From assembly GCA_951406725.2 (NCBI GenBank), contig OX597816.1, forward strand, positions 36,704,001 to 36,768,000: 64,000 bases of DNA, read 5' to 3'. Source of the stretch: Octopus vulgaris (Eukaryota). The notes below the pieces were generated by a model. It was not told the DNA's origin, made no database searches, and saw only the letters and a list, made by a program, of their open reading frames with translations. Shown here one piece after another: positions 39,520 to 52,633 of this stretch (position 1 is its first letter; the number at the start of each line of letters is the position of its first letter). Made by a program: the position numbers and the translations under genes.

Positions 39520-40965
39520 TATCTTCCTACCTCGACAAACTTTTATCCCCTCTCGTCACTGCTATGCCTTCACATATGCACTACACGTCTTCAACGCATT
39601 CTCTTTTCCATCTGGAGTATCCAAACTCCTTTTCATGATGGCCATTAAATCTTTGTACAGTCATCCCTCACAATGACTGTCTACTAGCACTGAAACACTT
39701 CTTAGACCGTCGTTCTACACCTGAACACAGCGCTAATACACGCCTCCACCTAGCTAAACCCGTCTTAACACTCAATTGATTTTCCTTCTCTGGTGAATGC
39801 TATAAGTATGTCAGTGGTGTAGCTATGGGCACCGGGATGGGCCCAAATTTTTCCAACCTCTTTGTATGTTATATAGAGGAGCAAATCTTTGCTCTCTTCT
39901 CTGGACCCATCCTAAAGATTTATGGTCGTTACATTGACGACTGTATTGGCGCCACAAGCCTTAATATATTTTATTTCTTTTGTTAACACATTTCACCCAG
40001 CCTTGGAATACACCCACACCATATCTGATACCTCTGTTTGCTTTCTTGACATCGCCGTCAAAATACACAAAACTCCACCTCTGTTTACTGTAAACCTACT
40101 GGCTCCCATTCCTACCTCCCCTACTCTTCCTCTCATCCCAAACACATTAAATCTGCTATACACTTCTCTCAATTTATTCGCCATCGAAGATTTTGCAGCA
40201 TCGATTCGGATTTCGATTCCCATTGCAAAACGATGCGACAGTTCTTTTTTGTCTTCTAAATCGAGAGTATCCTCCATCAATAGTCGACGTGGCACTCCCC
40301 CGAGCCCGACCATCAACCACATCGCAGCTCTCCTACCATATTCACGCACTTCCACTGACCGTATTCCACTCTCTCTCAACTACCACCCGTCCATCCACCC
40401 TCTAAAGCATAAACTCACCCACGACTTTTGCATTCTTCTTTCTGACCCAACAACCGATCGCCCCTATTTTTCTACACCACGTCTCCTGTCTTTTAAAACA
40501 GATAGGAGTCTTAGAAATGTCCTTGTTAGAAGCTGCACATCTCCCAGCTCCGCAAAACCGGGGGACCTTTAAATATTCCGCCGACGATGTAACACATGCC
40601 CCTACATCAACAATATTACCACCACCAGGGGCCAAAGAAGCAACATCACATAACACACCACTTCTGTTGCACTTCGGCGAATCTTATATATTGCACTGTA
40701 TGCACACTCTGCGGAACTCTTTACATTAGAGAAACAGGGCAACGCCTTGGGGATCGTTTTCGCGAACACATCAGAAGCATAATGCTTCGTATAACAGGCC
40801 AACCTGTCGCCACCTATTTCAACATTGTGAATCATTCTATTAGAGATTTATCAGTGTGTGATATGACCTTGCACCACGGATCCCCCTTCTCTAGGAAATG
40901 AAAGGACCAAAGTCTCATATTTGATCTTGGCACTATGTGCCCAACAGGTATGAATGAACGTTTTT
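39520..40965 (+). pseudogene. Disrupted Penelope RT/GIY-YIG polyprotein
   Basis: Motifs spread over several frames with stops and frameshifts; ends near GMNERF. Confidence 0.85.
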
Positions 40966-41218
40966 CCTTTCATCCTTTCACCACCTCCTAATTCTTTTTG
41001 ACCCTTTTTAATCCTACTTCCACAGTCTCTCTGTAACATTCCCGCATTTACTTACCTCCACTTTCTCCATCAACCTTTTCCTTCTCCTTTCTGCACACTC
41101 TCTCCTATAACTTCTGTTTCACTCGAGCAACTCGTGTTATTCTGCGTCCATTATCAGTTGCAGCCAGTTTTTCAAGCTGAGAGGATGTTAAATTCCTACC
41201 TTTCTTCTCTTTTTCTTT

Positions 41219-41254
41219 GTCCCCTGACGAAGGATTGAATCCGAAACGTTGGAT
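41219..41254 (+). ncRNA. Minimal type I hammerhead ribozyme in the Penelope pLTR, intact core
   Basis: gtccc CTGACGA a GGAT tga ATCC GAAA CGT T ggat; palindromic ACGT stem III. Confidence 0.8.
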
Positions 41255-41544
41255 TTTCCTCTCCTCACGGCAAATTCACTGTACACCTTTCACATTTTTC
41301 CATATTATTTCAATTCTTGCCCACGCAAAAATTGCCTGATTATACGTTTTTCCTTTCATCCTTTCACCGTCTCCTAATTCTTTTTGACCTTTTTTAATCC
41401 TACTTCCACAGTTTCTCTGTAACATTTTCGCATTTACTTACCTCCACTTTCTCTATCACCCTTTTTCTTCTCATTTCTACACGCCCTCTCCTATAACTTC
41501 TGTTTCACGCGAGCAACTCGTGCTCACACACGTTGTGATGGCCA

Positions 41545-41605
41545 GTTAACCGAAGATATGGTGGTGTGGATTTCCACCTCGGCATCCGAAACTCAGTGTT
41601 TTATC
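41545..41605 (+). ncRNA. Decayed hammerhead motif (family shared with 43974-44034)
   Basis: gttaa CCGAAGA ...cggcatcc GAAA CTCAGTG TT ttatc followed by ctgaataattgtcacatattatt. Confidence 0.45.
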
Positions 41606-41705
41606 TTGGCTACTGAATAATTGTCACATATTATTTTAGAGATAAATTCCTATATTTACATAATATTGAGGTCTCTTTCTTTCTTTTGTTATCTTACCGT
41701 TTTTA

Positions 41706-41776
<71 letters not shown>

Positions 41777-41778
41777 CG

Positions 41779-41828
41779 CTACTGCTGACGAAGGCTTCAT
41801 TATGAATAGAGTGAAACGGGTTTAATAG
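41779..41828 (+). ncRNA. Hammerhead motif adjacent to a (TA)n array, intact core
   Basis: CTACTG CTGACGA aggcttcattatgaatagagt GAAA CGGG TT TAATAG; stem I pairs 5 of 6, stem II imperfect. Confidence 0.55.
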
Positions 41829-42383
41829 AGTGCGTTTGCCATTACGGTATAATTATAAACAACTAGTAGTAGCTGTATCAGGAACAAATTTGTAGAAATT
41901 AACAAATCACAACCAAAGTGAGACCTATACCCTGTAGTATTCCTCCAAGCTGAATATTTGTAAATCACTTCATTCCATGCAATGGGACCTGTATCAATAT
42001 ACATTCCGCAGCAGAATACATCGAAATTGATTAGTAATGTGAGCAACTAATGAAAAGCAATGAACAAAAGCCTTCCAATGCAAATTTGTGTTTATCTGTA
42101 ATTTTATCTATTGTTAAATAATCAAGTATTCAAATGATACATTTCCAGACATACTTTCCTTCCTAACGAAGCAATTTATTTATTTCACAAAGCCAGACAA
42201 TCTTTTACTTTGTTCAATGACGCCATGTCATATGCCCAACATCTATAAGTACATCTTAATTGTGAGGTGCACATCACACACACGCGTCCTCACACACGCA
42301 CACCTAATTTCTATTTATTTCAGAAGTAGTCATCGTTGTAGTGGTAGTAGTGGCATATTTTTGTTGTTATTATTATCATTAAG

Positions 42384-42595
42384 AAGGCGGCGAGCTGGCA
42401 GAATCGTTATCTCGCTGAGCGAATTGTTAACCGTATTTCTTCTGTCGCTACGTTCTGAGTTGAACTTCCGCCGAGGTCGATTTTTCTTTTCATCCATTGG
42501 GGTTGGCAAACTAAGTACCAGTGAAACACTGGGGTTGATGTAACTGGCTAGTCTCCTCCCCCAAAGTAGCTACCGTTGTGATAAAATTTGAAACG
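42384..42595 (+). mobile_element. SINE family B with (TTA)n tail
   Basis: aaggcggcgagctggcagaatcg...ccgccgaggtcga...aagtaccag. Confidence 0.82.
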
Positions 42596-42669
<74 letters not shown>

Positions 42670-42685
42670 CATTATTATTATTATT

Positions 42686-42826
42686 CAGTAGTTTTATTTT
42701 TATAACATGCTTTCACTTCACTACCGAGCGCAGCTCTGTGTGTCCTGGGTATGTGCTGTGGTTTGTTGTGATGCTCTGATGGTTAATGTATTGAAAGTGC
42801 TTTGCCCAGTAGTGCAGTCTGAATAT

Positions 42827-42828
<2 letters not shown>
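42686..42828 (-). mobile_element. 3' terminus of an R4/Dong-like LINE inside (TAA)n
   Basis: Minus strand reads IQTALLG/KALSIH* (cf. QKxALLGTAHILRKxL) plus 3' UTR, flanked by TAA arrays on both sides. Confidence 0.65.
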
Positions 42829-42894
<66 letters not shown>

Positions 42895-42896
42895 TT

Positions 42897-43100
42897 GGTA
42901 GAATCATTAGCATGTCCGGCGAAATGCTTGGCTGCATTTATCTGTTGCTACGTTCTGAGTTGAAATTCCACCGAGGTCAACTTTACCTTTAATCATTTCG
43001 GGGTCGATAAATTAGGTACGCGTGAAACACAGGGATCGATGTAATTTACTAGTCCCCTTCCCTCAAACTTTAGCCCTTGTGCCTATAGAAGAAAGGATTA
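42897..43100 (+). mobile_element. SINE family B
   Basis: gttctgagttgaaattccaccgaggtcaac...ttcggggtcgataaaatt...ccttgtgcctatagaagaaaggatt. Confidence 0.8.
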
Positions 43101-43533
43101 TTACCTCTGCCTTTGAGAAGGCGGAGGCATTGTTTTCAGTCGTGTTTGTTTGCTTGCTTTTTGTTTATTTGTTTGTTTGACAGGGGAGAAGATATGTCAA
43201 GAACGGCTCTATGGATTGGGACGAAACCTTCAGGGATTTTTGACCACGTGACTGGCACGAACCGATTAGATTTTGGGATCGGTACTTTAGGGGACAAGTA
43301 TTCTAGATTATTTGTTATATTGACTTTGCTTTACGTAATTACGATCTTACGTCCACTTTCAAATCTTTCTCAATTATGTCCCATTAAGCTCTTTCCAAAG
43401 CTTTATTTTCGTTTCTCTATTATTAATTTTATTCGCGTCTCTAAGAAAATGATGGATAATGAAATCAAATTACATAAACAAACAGCAACCAAAAACAACG
43501 TTCAGAAATTAAATAGCACTTAATATTATTATA

Positions 43534-43584
<51 letters not shown>

Positions 43585-43973
43585 TATAGGGTAGAGGATA
43601 TTCGTTATAAATATCACCACCTGTGGCCTAGCATGTACAAATAGTAAAAAGACAACCTATTCAAATTTTAAAATAGTGTACAATTAAACAAAAAAGAAAT
43701 TACCCTTTAACAGGTAATTTTACATGCTAGAAGAAACAGCCAACACGGCCAAAACCACGATTTAATAGCAATTTTCGAAGGAATGAAAAATAAAAAAAAA
43801 ATTTACCTTGTTATTTTTATTTGCGGTTATACCATGGTTTCAAATTTGTTTCCAAATAATATTATCTGCCTCCTTTTAATAGGCAATTTAACAAACAATA
43901 TTATCTGTCCTTACGTTCTGAGTGAAAATTCCCTTTGTTTAACGTCATTTTCATAGCATATTTTGATTGCCTC

Positions 43974-44034
43974 GATAACGGAAGAGATGCCGGAGAGGCT
44001 TTCCGCACCGACGTCCGAAATTCGGAGTCGTATC
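43974..44034 (+). ncRNA. Hammerhead motif with U4G core change
   Basis: GATAA CGGAAGA GATGCCGG...CCGACGTCC GAAA TTCGGAG TC GTATC. Confidence 0.55.
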
Positions 44035-44072
44035 ATGGCAACTGAATAATTTGTCACATATTATATTACAGC

Positions 44073-44121
<49 letters not shown>

Positions 44122-44319
44122 TTGTGTGTGCGCGCGCAAGTATATATGTAATTAATTGAATCGTAGCAGTTGCATTTGTAAAGAGTAAAAACTCTATCAA
44201 GCCAACATACTTAAATTCATTGTGTAGATGTAAAGACAGAAGTTGCAATCTTCGTCTTAAAAAATCCATTCAAAGATATATTTATCCTTCTGATGTAAAG
44301 TTAGATATTTCCTTTCCTT

Positions 44320-45130
44320 TTGTATGGCTGAAACCTTCTAATCCCAGCCACGTTGAAGAAATCTCTGCTGCCTCCACAGCCTACCTCATAGTCTTTGCTC
44401 TGCGTGATTTCTTATGACAAGAATGCAGTAAGCTCTATAGAAGGACAAACCTACAAATGCTCTGCATTTCATCTAGGTGTAATCACATCTTCCCTTCAAT
44501 TGCTTTGATATGAATCCACTAGCTCAGCATATTTGCGCTGTTGCAAGTAAGTCAGATAAGGCAAACCAGGCAGTTACCATTTCTTTCTCGTCGTCCCTGA
44601 CAAAAGTGAAACTTCTCTTCGGATGGAATCTGCTATAACTCGGCGAAACCCCGTCAAACGTCTACCAGTAGCGTCCCTCTCCCATGGGCATTTGGATAGA
44701 TATTGAGAATCCGCTCTAGGGTTTCTCTCCTCGTGTACAGTGGGGAAACTGCTGGCTCCGAATTTCCCCAGCAGAGCAAGTTGCTTGATAGTATATTGTA
44801 AACTGCTTAAACTAGATTTAACACGTGGGACTCCTCTTTTGAAAAGTCAGCTGATAAAACTTAACTGCCCATCATTTGATACCCTCTCATCAAGCTTCCT
44901 GGCGTCTCATCTCAATACATTTACTGTCTCGTTATACCTCAATCGCTTCACCTCAATCGAAGCTCATACCTCGCATTGGATCATTAACTTCCTGTCCTTT
45001 CCTTGCACACCGCCATAGTTAGGTATTGAAGTGGTAACCAGGCCGATATTTCCGCGAGGTACAAACCCCAACATGAGGCTGCAAAACACCAGACATAAGG
45101 AGCAGCTCGTCACACTACAGCTCCGCTGAC
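44320..45130 (-). mobile_element. Decayed HERO-clade (restriction-like endonuclease) LINE fragment
   Basis: SPLYTRRETLERILNIYPNA/MGEGRYW resembles CPLCxxxxTLEHILxxCPKALGEGRYxWRH; downstream FVGLSFYRAYCIL resembles RGFxGxSL. Confidence 0.55.
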
Positions 45131-46884
45131 TTTACCAAGATATTCGTTGCAATGTCTCTAATGAGGTTCCATCTTTGAGACACAATAATTGTTTTTACTT
45201 TCCAAAATCCTCATTTTTTATTGCATGAGTTAGCAATATAGCTCTTTCTCTTACTACTAACCCTGCCGTTCTTTAAATTATAATTCTTCGTTGTTTCAAT
45301 TATTGTTTGATATTTCTAAAGATATTTCATGCAATGTAATCATTCAAATCGCAGTTCTGATGTTGTCTTCTGTATTTTTCAAACATCTCCCATTTCCCTT
45401 CCTGTAGACGTGTTTTAATTTACTATAAAAAGAGCAGAGTGTATGGACTCTGGCATACCCAACGTGATGAGTGCCTTCAGAATATTAGCTCTAGATAGAT
45501 ATGCCCCAGGCATTATCTTCGATACTTCTCTTGTACGCCTTGAAGATTTTCTGTCATGTCCTTTTCTATTACTGTATCACCCTGGAGCTCATCTACATAC
45601 TTTCATTCTCCTTCAGCGACTTAACGATACCTTGTAGTGTTTCTATCCCATATGATTGTTCGACATATATCCATTATAAAAACTGCTTGTTTACTCACGA
45701 GAAATTATATAGTAATATGATAAATATCCATACAGATATTAATTCAGTTCTGATATATAGTTTGTGATAATTTGTTCTTATCCGCTTTTAACAAATTTAC
45801 ATGCATCGCCGGATATTCTCCGTAAACTTCTCAGAAGAGGAGTTAACGAAGAAGGAAAGAAATGAAAAGAACGTGTCTCCTTGAAATATTTCCCTGTAGA
45901 TTTTCACATATTCTAAAGATTTCTTGCGCACCTGGGAAAAGGAATTGTTACCAGAAAAGCAGGAGGGTTACGGGAAGAAATCATATAGCACTGATGAACA
46001 TTTATTGTACATGAATGGAATGTTACTATACTATTGACCAACTGTTTGAACACTCTAGCCTTTTGAAGAGTAACCTTCGAAGAGGAATGCAGGAGTGGGG
46101 ATTCTGGAGACAAGTGTTTAACCGAGTTTGCCAGCAGAGAAGGAATTGTAGGAGCAGAAACACTAAGTACTAAGAAAGAATTTAGTTATTGGCTGGCTGG
46201 ATTATTGGCCTTTAGAGCTCTTGGGAATTTGCGTGGGCAATGAGATGTTTAATATTCCAACGCGTTTTCTAAACAAAAGCTGTTAGACTTTCTGATTCTC
46301 AAGAGCTCCTACAGCTTTGAGAGCGTCAACTCCAGGCGACTACATAGATACCCGAAGCAATTTGTTAAATCATGGTACACACAAACACGTCATACTTCTT
46401 TGCATCTAACGGGAGTGCAATAAAGATAGTTTCACTGAGACAATACATTATTTATATTTGCACTCACTCAACCATACGTAATTATCAAATTTATCGAGAG
46501 ATTTTTTTTCATATGTTATTTAAAAATCACCTCTCATATGATATATGCATTAAAGAATTAAAGTGAAAGATTTAAAAATTCTAACTTTATAATTCTTAAT
46601 TCAATTAGTATTTTTCCATCAGAATGCAGTGGCAACTCCTTCCCAAAATTTAATAAAAGAAAAAGTATGAAATGTGAAATTTAAATGATTGCATTAATAT
46701 GATTAACTGCACGTGGAAAATATTGATCATAGAAGTCTCGATATATTTATTATGATATAGATACAATGCACACCTATAAGTTCATTGTAATTTTGATCAT
46801 TATCCCGCTACTTTTTCACAAACACATACATATACATATATATGCATACATACATATATGCATGCATATATACATATATGTATA

Positions 46885-46938
<54 letters not shown>

Positions 46939-47061
46939 CATGCTTAAATACAAATACATATTTTTGAATATATATTAGAAGAAATAAGGTACTCAGAAAT
47001 CTGGATGTTTTTTTTTAATTTACAGATTTTTATTAATTTGTCACATGTTTTTTATAAGTCA

Positions 47062-47104
47062 TATATTAGCGCTTGCATCCACTCTAGTGGATTCTTCAGA
47101 TTTT
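47062..47104 (-). ncRNA. Hammerhead motif (A13C) in a small TA-embedded insert (~46975-47110)
   Basis: Minus: aaaat CTGAAGA ATCCAC taga GTGGAT GCAA GCGC TA atat; perfect 6 bp stem II, palindromic AGCGCT stem III. Confidence 0.6.
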
Positions 47105-47261
47105 TAATACATATATACATATGTGTATATATATATATGTATACACACACAAACACATATATATATATATATACATATATGTATGTGTGTATGTGCGTAT
47201 GTATGAATGTATGTATGTATGTATGTATGTATGTATGTATGTAGGCATGTGTCGCTTGTCA

Positions 47262-47470
47262 TTTATCGTTTGTCTCAGTCATCAGAATGAAGTGGCAACT
47301 CCTTCAAGAATTTTAGTCGAACAAATCCACTCCACTATTTATTTTGTTAAGCATCGTACGTATTTTATTTGTATCTGATGCCGACTCGCATAATTACGGA
47401 AGTATAAACACAACAGCGCTGGTTGTGACGCTGTCGAGGGGGACAAACACAAACACAAAGACACGCTCAC
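47262..47470 (-). mobile_element. Decayed SINE family A 3' half
   Basis: ttttagtcgaacaaatc...gggggacaaacacaaacacaaagacac. Confidence 0.65.
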
Positions 47471-47489
47471 ACTGATACACACACGCGTA

Positions 47490-47594
<105 letters not shown>

Positions 47595-47729
47595 TTGTGT
47601 TTGCGTGTGTGAGTGTGTGTGTGTACTGTGAGTAAATGTCTCTTAAAAATAGTCTATGGTAAATCAATGTCATTTTCGGCTGTCCGTCGTAGGTCGAGGT
47701 TGCGCGTTCACTTGGAGAAATTTTCACTG

Positions 47730-48150
47730 GCAGGCTTGCATGTGAGTAAAAGGATTGCTTTTAACCTGTAACAGCGATGAAACCTGCTACACCTGAAGAC
47801 AAATGTCACATCTCGTGTAATCTTTCGTATTATCCCTGTTTTGTTAATCTTAAACGGCTGTAAATTTCGAGTTTCAACGGCCAATACCATTCATCGCGCT
47901 GCAAGACTTTCTCCTCACAGGTGTCTGGGAAATGCCGGAATTCTTCATGTGTTTCTTCAGTTCATCGCCGGGCCTCAGCTTCTGGTCATTGCAGCTACTC
48001 CTGCTATGACGCAATTCAGCGTAACAATATGAAATTCAGAGCCTATTATCTATCTGGAAACATGTCCTAACCAGCGCAGATGTGACGAGGTAATGAGAAC
48101 CTCCAATCTAACCGGTCCTGCACGGCATCGGACCTCCACATCACGATTGT
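47730..48150 (-). mobile_element. Decayed RTE-clade LINE 3' fragment
   Basis: SSHLRWLGHVSR (LRWLGHVSR at 48053-48079) on the minus strand. Confidence 0.65.
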
Positions 48151-48409
48151 AGAACTACTATCTGATATACAATATGAAGCGCACATGACGAAGTTTGAGC
48201 CTTAATGTGCCTGTGGCAGATGGCCATGAATTTCGTGGTTTTTGTATTTATATGTATGCTATATAAGATATTACAGCTCGTTTTCAAAGCTTTTACTAAT
48301 ATACATTCTTGTCTCCTGGGAGAGGTGATACAGCCGTACATTGCTGGCACTTCGTAATAAGAACCACTTTAGATTTTGTTAGCATTATTGACTAAAATAG
48401 ATTTACGTA

Positions 48410-48886
48410 CCGTAAATCCTCAAGTATAGTCCGCCCTTGAGTATAATACACAGGGGACTTTTAGTGAGCTGTACCTGTGAAAAACCTAAACCTTGTGTAT
48501 AATACACACCCTTCTCTAAATTGAGTCAAGGAGGTATTTTATTATTATTGTATATATAACATAATGCAAACGTATTGCTTTTTTCTGAACTTTATTTGCA
48601 GAAAATAAAGAAATAACAATAATAACAGTAATAACGTTTACTAAATGTTGCTTACTGCAAGTTATGGGAGATTCTTTTATGATTTCCTTGCCTTCAGGCG
48701 TAGCTTAAGGTATTTTCGCGCCCGACATCACAAAATGCGTCTGAATAAACATTTCCAGACAGCAAATAGAGACCCGGACATTGCATAGAAAATAATTTTT
48801 ATTTTTAATCTCGTATATAGTACGCATTAATTATTTTGACCTTTAAACTTTGGCAAAAAAATGCGGATTATACTCGAGGATTTAAG
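48410..48886. mobile_element. MITE (Tc1/mariner-pogo type) with TIRs and TA target duplication
   Basis: ta-ccgtaaatcctcaagtatagtccgc ... gcggattatactcgaggatttaag-ta. Confidence 0.85.
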
Positions 48887-49794
48887 TAATGTCGTTTGCT
48901 AACGTATACATACACTGACAAAAACACACAAACACTCATACATACGTACAAAACATATGTGCATTTGTATGTGCACGCCATTGTGTGTGTGTGAGTATGC
49001 GTGTGTGTGCGTATGTGCGCGTGTGCGCGAACAGCAGAATGACACGAGTTCTATTTGAGTACAGCTGTTTCGTAACCTTGTTCATGTATTATTGATTTTA
49101 ATGGTGCATCAATATGTAAGTACGTCATTATGCGTACAACAATATATCTAAAAATGAATGCAAATAAAGTGAGTCTATTAGGTCACTGGAACATCATATT
49201 TCCAAATCCAGTTCAACTATAAGTATATACCTATATAAACATGTATGTGAGCGAGTGTGTGTGTGTGCGTGTGTGTGTGTGTTTAACATCTCTCATAGCA
49301 TATAACGAAGCAAAGAGAGAGTTACATACATACATATCATTGTGCGTGTGTGTGAGTGAGTGTGTGCGTGTGTGTGTGAGTGAGTGTGTGTGTGCGTGTG
49401 CGTGTGTATGTGTGCGTGCGTGTTAGTTTGTGTATGTGTGTACGTTGCGTGCGTGTATGTACGTGTATGTGTGTGTGTGTCTTGTGAATATATGTCAACT
49501 GATTACCTCCATTCTTGAAATATCAGCAATTTCGTTTTGGATTTTTTTCGATTCATAACAAATGAAATCATTATTTTGTTTGTCTTCCTTACTTTTCATC
49601 GACATAATATGTATTATTATCAGTCGTATGTTCGCGAGGCATGTTTTCCATATGAATACTGAGGAATTTCTGTTCTAGAAGTGCAAAGAAGTGAATAGAG
49701 GAATAGAGGAAAATAGTGCAAAGAAGTGAATAGAGATGTAAAAAAGAAAGAAAGAAAGAAATAGTGTAAAAGAAAAATAGATAGGCAAAAAGGG

Positions 49795-50037
49795 GATGAA
49801 GAAGAAGAGGAAGGTGAAGAAGATGAGGAAGAAGAAGAAGAAAACGAAGAAGAAGACGAAGAAGAAGAAGACGAAGAAGAGGAAGAGGAGGAAGATGAGG
49901 AAGAAGAAGAAGAAGAAGAAGAAGAAGAAGAAGAAGAAGAAGAAGAAGAAGAAGAAGGAGCAGAAGGAGAAGAAGCAGAAGGTGAAGAAGAAGAAGAAGA
50001 AGAAGAAGAAGAAGAAGAAGAAGAAGAAGAAGAAGAA
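49795..50037. repeat. (GAA)n-rich microsatellite
   Basis: Direct observation. Confidence 0.95.
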
Positions 50038-50409
50038 ATGTTATCATCAATAAATCCCTCTAGGTGTGTGTAATATATATATGGTAAAAAGTCGAAGATG
50101 TCAACAGTGAAATGGGTTCAAATTGAATTTCAGTTGAATTTTGCTAAGTGCGATAAATCAAAGAAAATTCCTCACAGACACTTTTGGAATACCACTTTTT
50201 CAGGAGTTGCAAATTTACTAGTAGTGGACTCATAAAGTGATCTTATTGCCAGTAAGTTGAATGCAGTTCATGAGACACAAAAGTGAAAACAGATTGCTAT
50301 CTATTTTTCAGCACCGGAGATACACAGACTAAATAATTGATGTGTGCAGGTGTGTGTATGTGTGTGTGTGTGAATCAGTGTACCTGTATAGGAATCTTAA
50401 GGAGCATAT

Positions 50410-50530
50410 GTAAGAAGGAAAACACTGGAGTCACAACTTCAAATGTTATTGTATTAGTTTAACTTCTAAAAAGAGGAAAGAGCAGATTATTGACGTTTCG
50501 GATATTAGGTCTTCGCCACAAGAGAAGCAC
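50410..50530 (-). mobile_element. Decayed pLTR-like fragment with eroded hammerhead (50487-50522)
   Basis: Minus: gtggcgaagacctaatatccGAAACGTCaat. Confidence 0.4.
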
Positions 50531-50992
50531 AGGCAGAGTTAGGGAGAGGAAAATTTGATCATAACGGAAGGAAGCACGGGTAAAAATCAGGGGCCAGTGT
50601 TGAATGCTGTCCTATGGAAGGAGTTAAAAACGTTAGAATGGAGCAATGTGTAAGCACGTTTAGGAATATGTGTGTATGAGTGTATGCGTGTGTGTCGTAG
50701 TGTTCACGTGTGTATAAATGAGATTCTCTCTCTACTACTATTATCTACTTCAATATTTTTTTTTTGTTTCAGCCATTTATATCGGTTTTTATCTTTTCCC
50801 TTATAATCAGTGGTTCTCCTCTTCCTAGTAACTACTATTTAACTCCCATTAATGCTCATTCCATCTTTCCAAGAACGACTATACGACGATACATTTTACC
50901 ATCCCTAACATCGTTCTTTTGTCTAAACAAATACAAATTACAGTTTTAAAATATTTATATAAATACACTACGCTTACTATAGTATACATACA

Positions 50993-51035
<43 letters not shown>

Positions 51036-51123
51036 TCATGTATGTACACTATAAAAAGAAACTGAATTTTGTTTTTGTATGAGCGTGTGTAGATATATAG
51101 ACATATAGATTTATATGCATGCG

Positions 51124-51176
<53 letters not shown>

Positions 51177-51431
51177 TTGTGTGTGTGTGTGAGTGATTGT
51201 GCGTATGTGTGTGCGAGGGTGTATATGTCTGCATGTATTATACAAATACACACATATATCTTCAGTAGTATATTTTTTTATCTTTTTGAACGGTAGATTT
51301 TCTTGCATTACATCGTCGTCAAGGCACACTCATTTCTATATTTCACACACGTATATATATATATATATGTGTGTGTGTGCGTGTTTGTGTGTGTATGTAT
51401 ATATATATATATGTATATATATATATGTATG

Positions 51432-51472
<41 letters not shown>

Positions 51473-51926
51473 CATATGCATATACATCCACACACACATC
51501 CACACACACACACCCACACATATATATATATACATATATATATGAATGCGTTCGCGTACACATAGACACATGTATAAATTATCGTTATATGAAAACATAT
51601 AAGGTCTACACCTCAATATGCAATTATATGATTTTTGTGTAAATTTTCTTTTGTATTTTGATATATATTTATTTAAATCTAGAACTGTATGACGCTAATG
51701 GGTTCCTTTAATATATATATATAGATAACAGCTGGTAGCCTAAAGGCATTTACATTTTGGGATAATGAGTTTTCCTGATATATTGTATAAGATATAGCAC
51801 AACCGAAGGTGATCATTTCCAAATCTATTCTACCTACTTAACTCTCTCGATTTTACACTCTGATTTGTGTATTTCTTTATATATCTGTCTATCTATCTAT
51901 TTATCTATCTATCCATCTATATATAC

Positions 51927-51984
<58 letters not shown>

Positions 51985-52633
51985 AGTGCTGGAGAGAGAG
52001 AGAGTGCAAATGCCACGCCCGACTAATTCTATCGGGACCTGATAAACATTATGTCCAGCGAAGAGTATATAAAGTTATGCAGGTTAAATACACCGGGCGA
52101 TCCATATGCTTTAGAGTTTTCAACAATTGACTGTTTGAGACATAAATTGCAGAATAGATTAGCAATCAGGCAAAAATGAAGAACTGTGTTTTTACAAAAC
52201 TTTATTCACTGTAACAAATATTCGAAATGCATGGAGGAAATATATTCTCACTATACAATGGCTTCAATGAATAATTAGTTATTTAATTAATCAATTATTT
52301 AGTGGAACCATTAGCCTTTAACCATTTTCTTCAGATCATAAATCGGTAGATTTCAGATTCTGTAACACATATTATTGGACTACATATAGGAGATATATCA
52401 AATTACCTCTGATTTTTTTACATACTTGCCAAATTTACAGTTCAGGGCTTCTTTCACTACAGGAGAGTGTCAGTCACTTAAAATATACCAGAGGTAGAAT
52501 TGCTACTATTTAGTATTCATACTATACAATATATTTTTATAGAATCTAATATATTTTATATCCTTATTATTTACAATATTTAATATATTTTCATACTATC
52601 TAACCTTTTTTTATATATCATCAAATATATATT

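Larger units (their letters stand above)
39298..41522 (+). mobile_element. Penelope-like retroelement (Neptune-type), 5'-truncated, with inverted pLTR and partial tandem tail
   Basis: RT motifs IKSLY, GVAMGTGMGPNFSNLF, YGRYIDD (YIDD 39930-39941); GIY-YIG NLIYCTVCTLCGTLYIRETGQRLGDRFREH; 39298-39510 is an inverted copy of ~41075-41291; 40958-41136 is repeated at 41344-41522. Confidence 0.92.

Noticed and set aside
39922-40572. 216 aa ORF as a host gene
   Set aside because: Frameshifted part of the Penelope polyprotein
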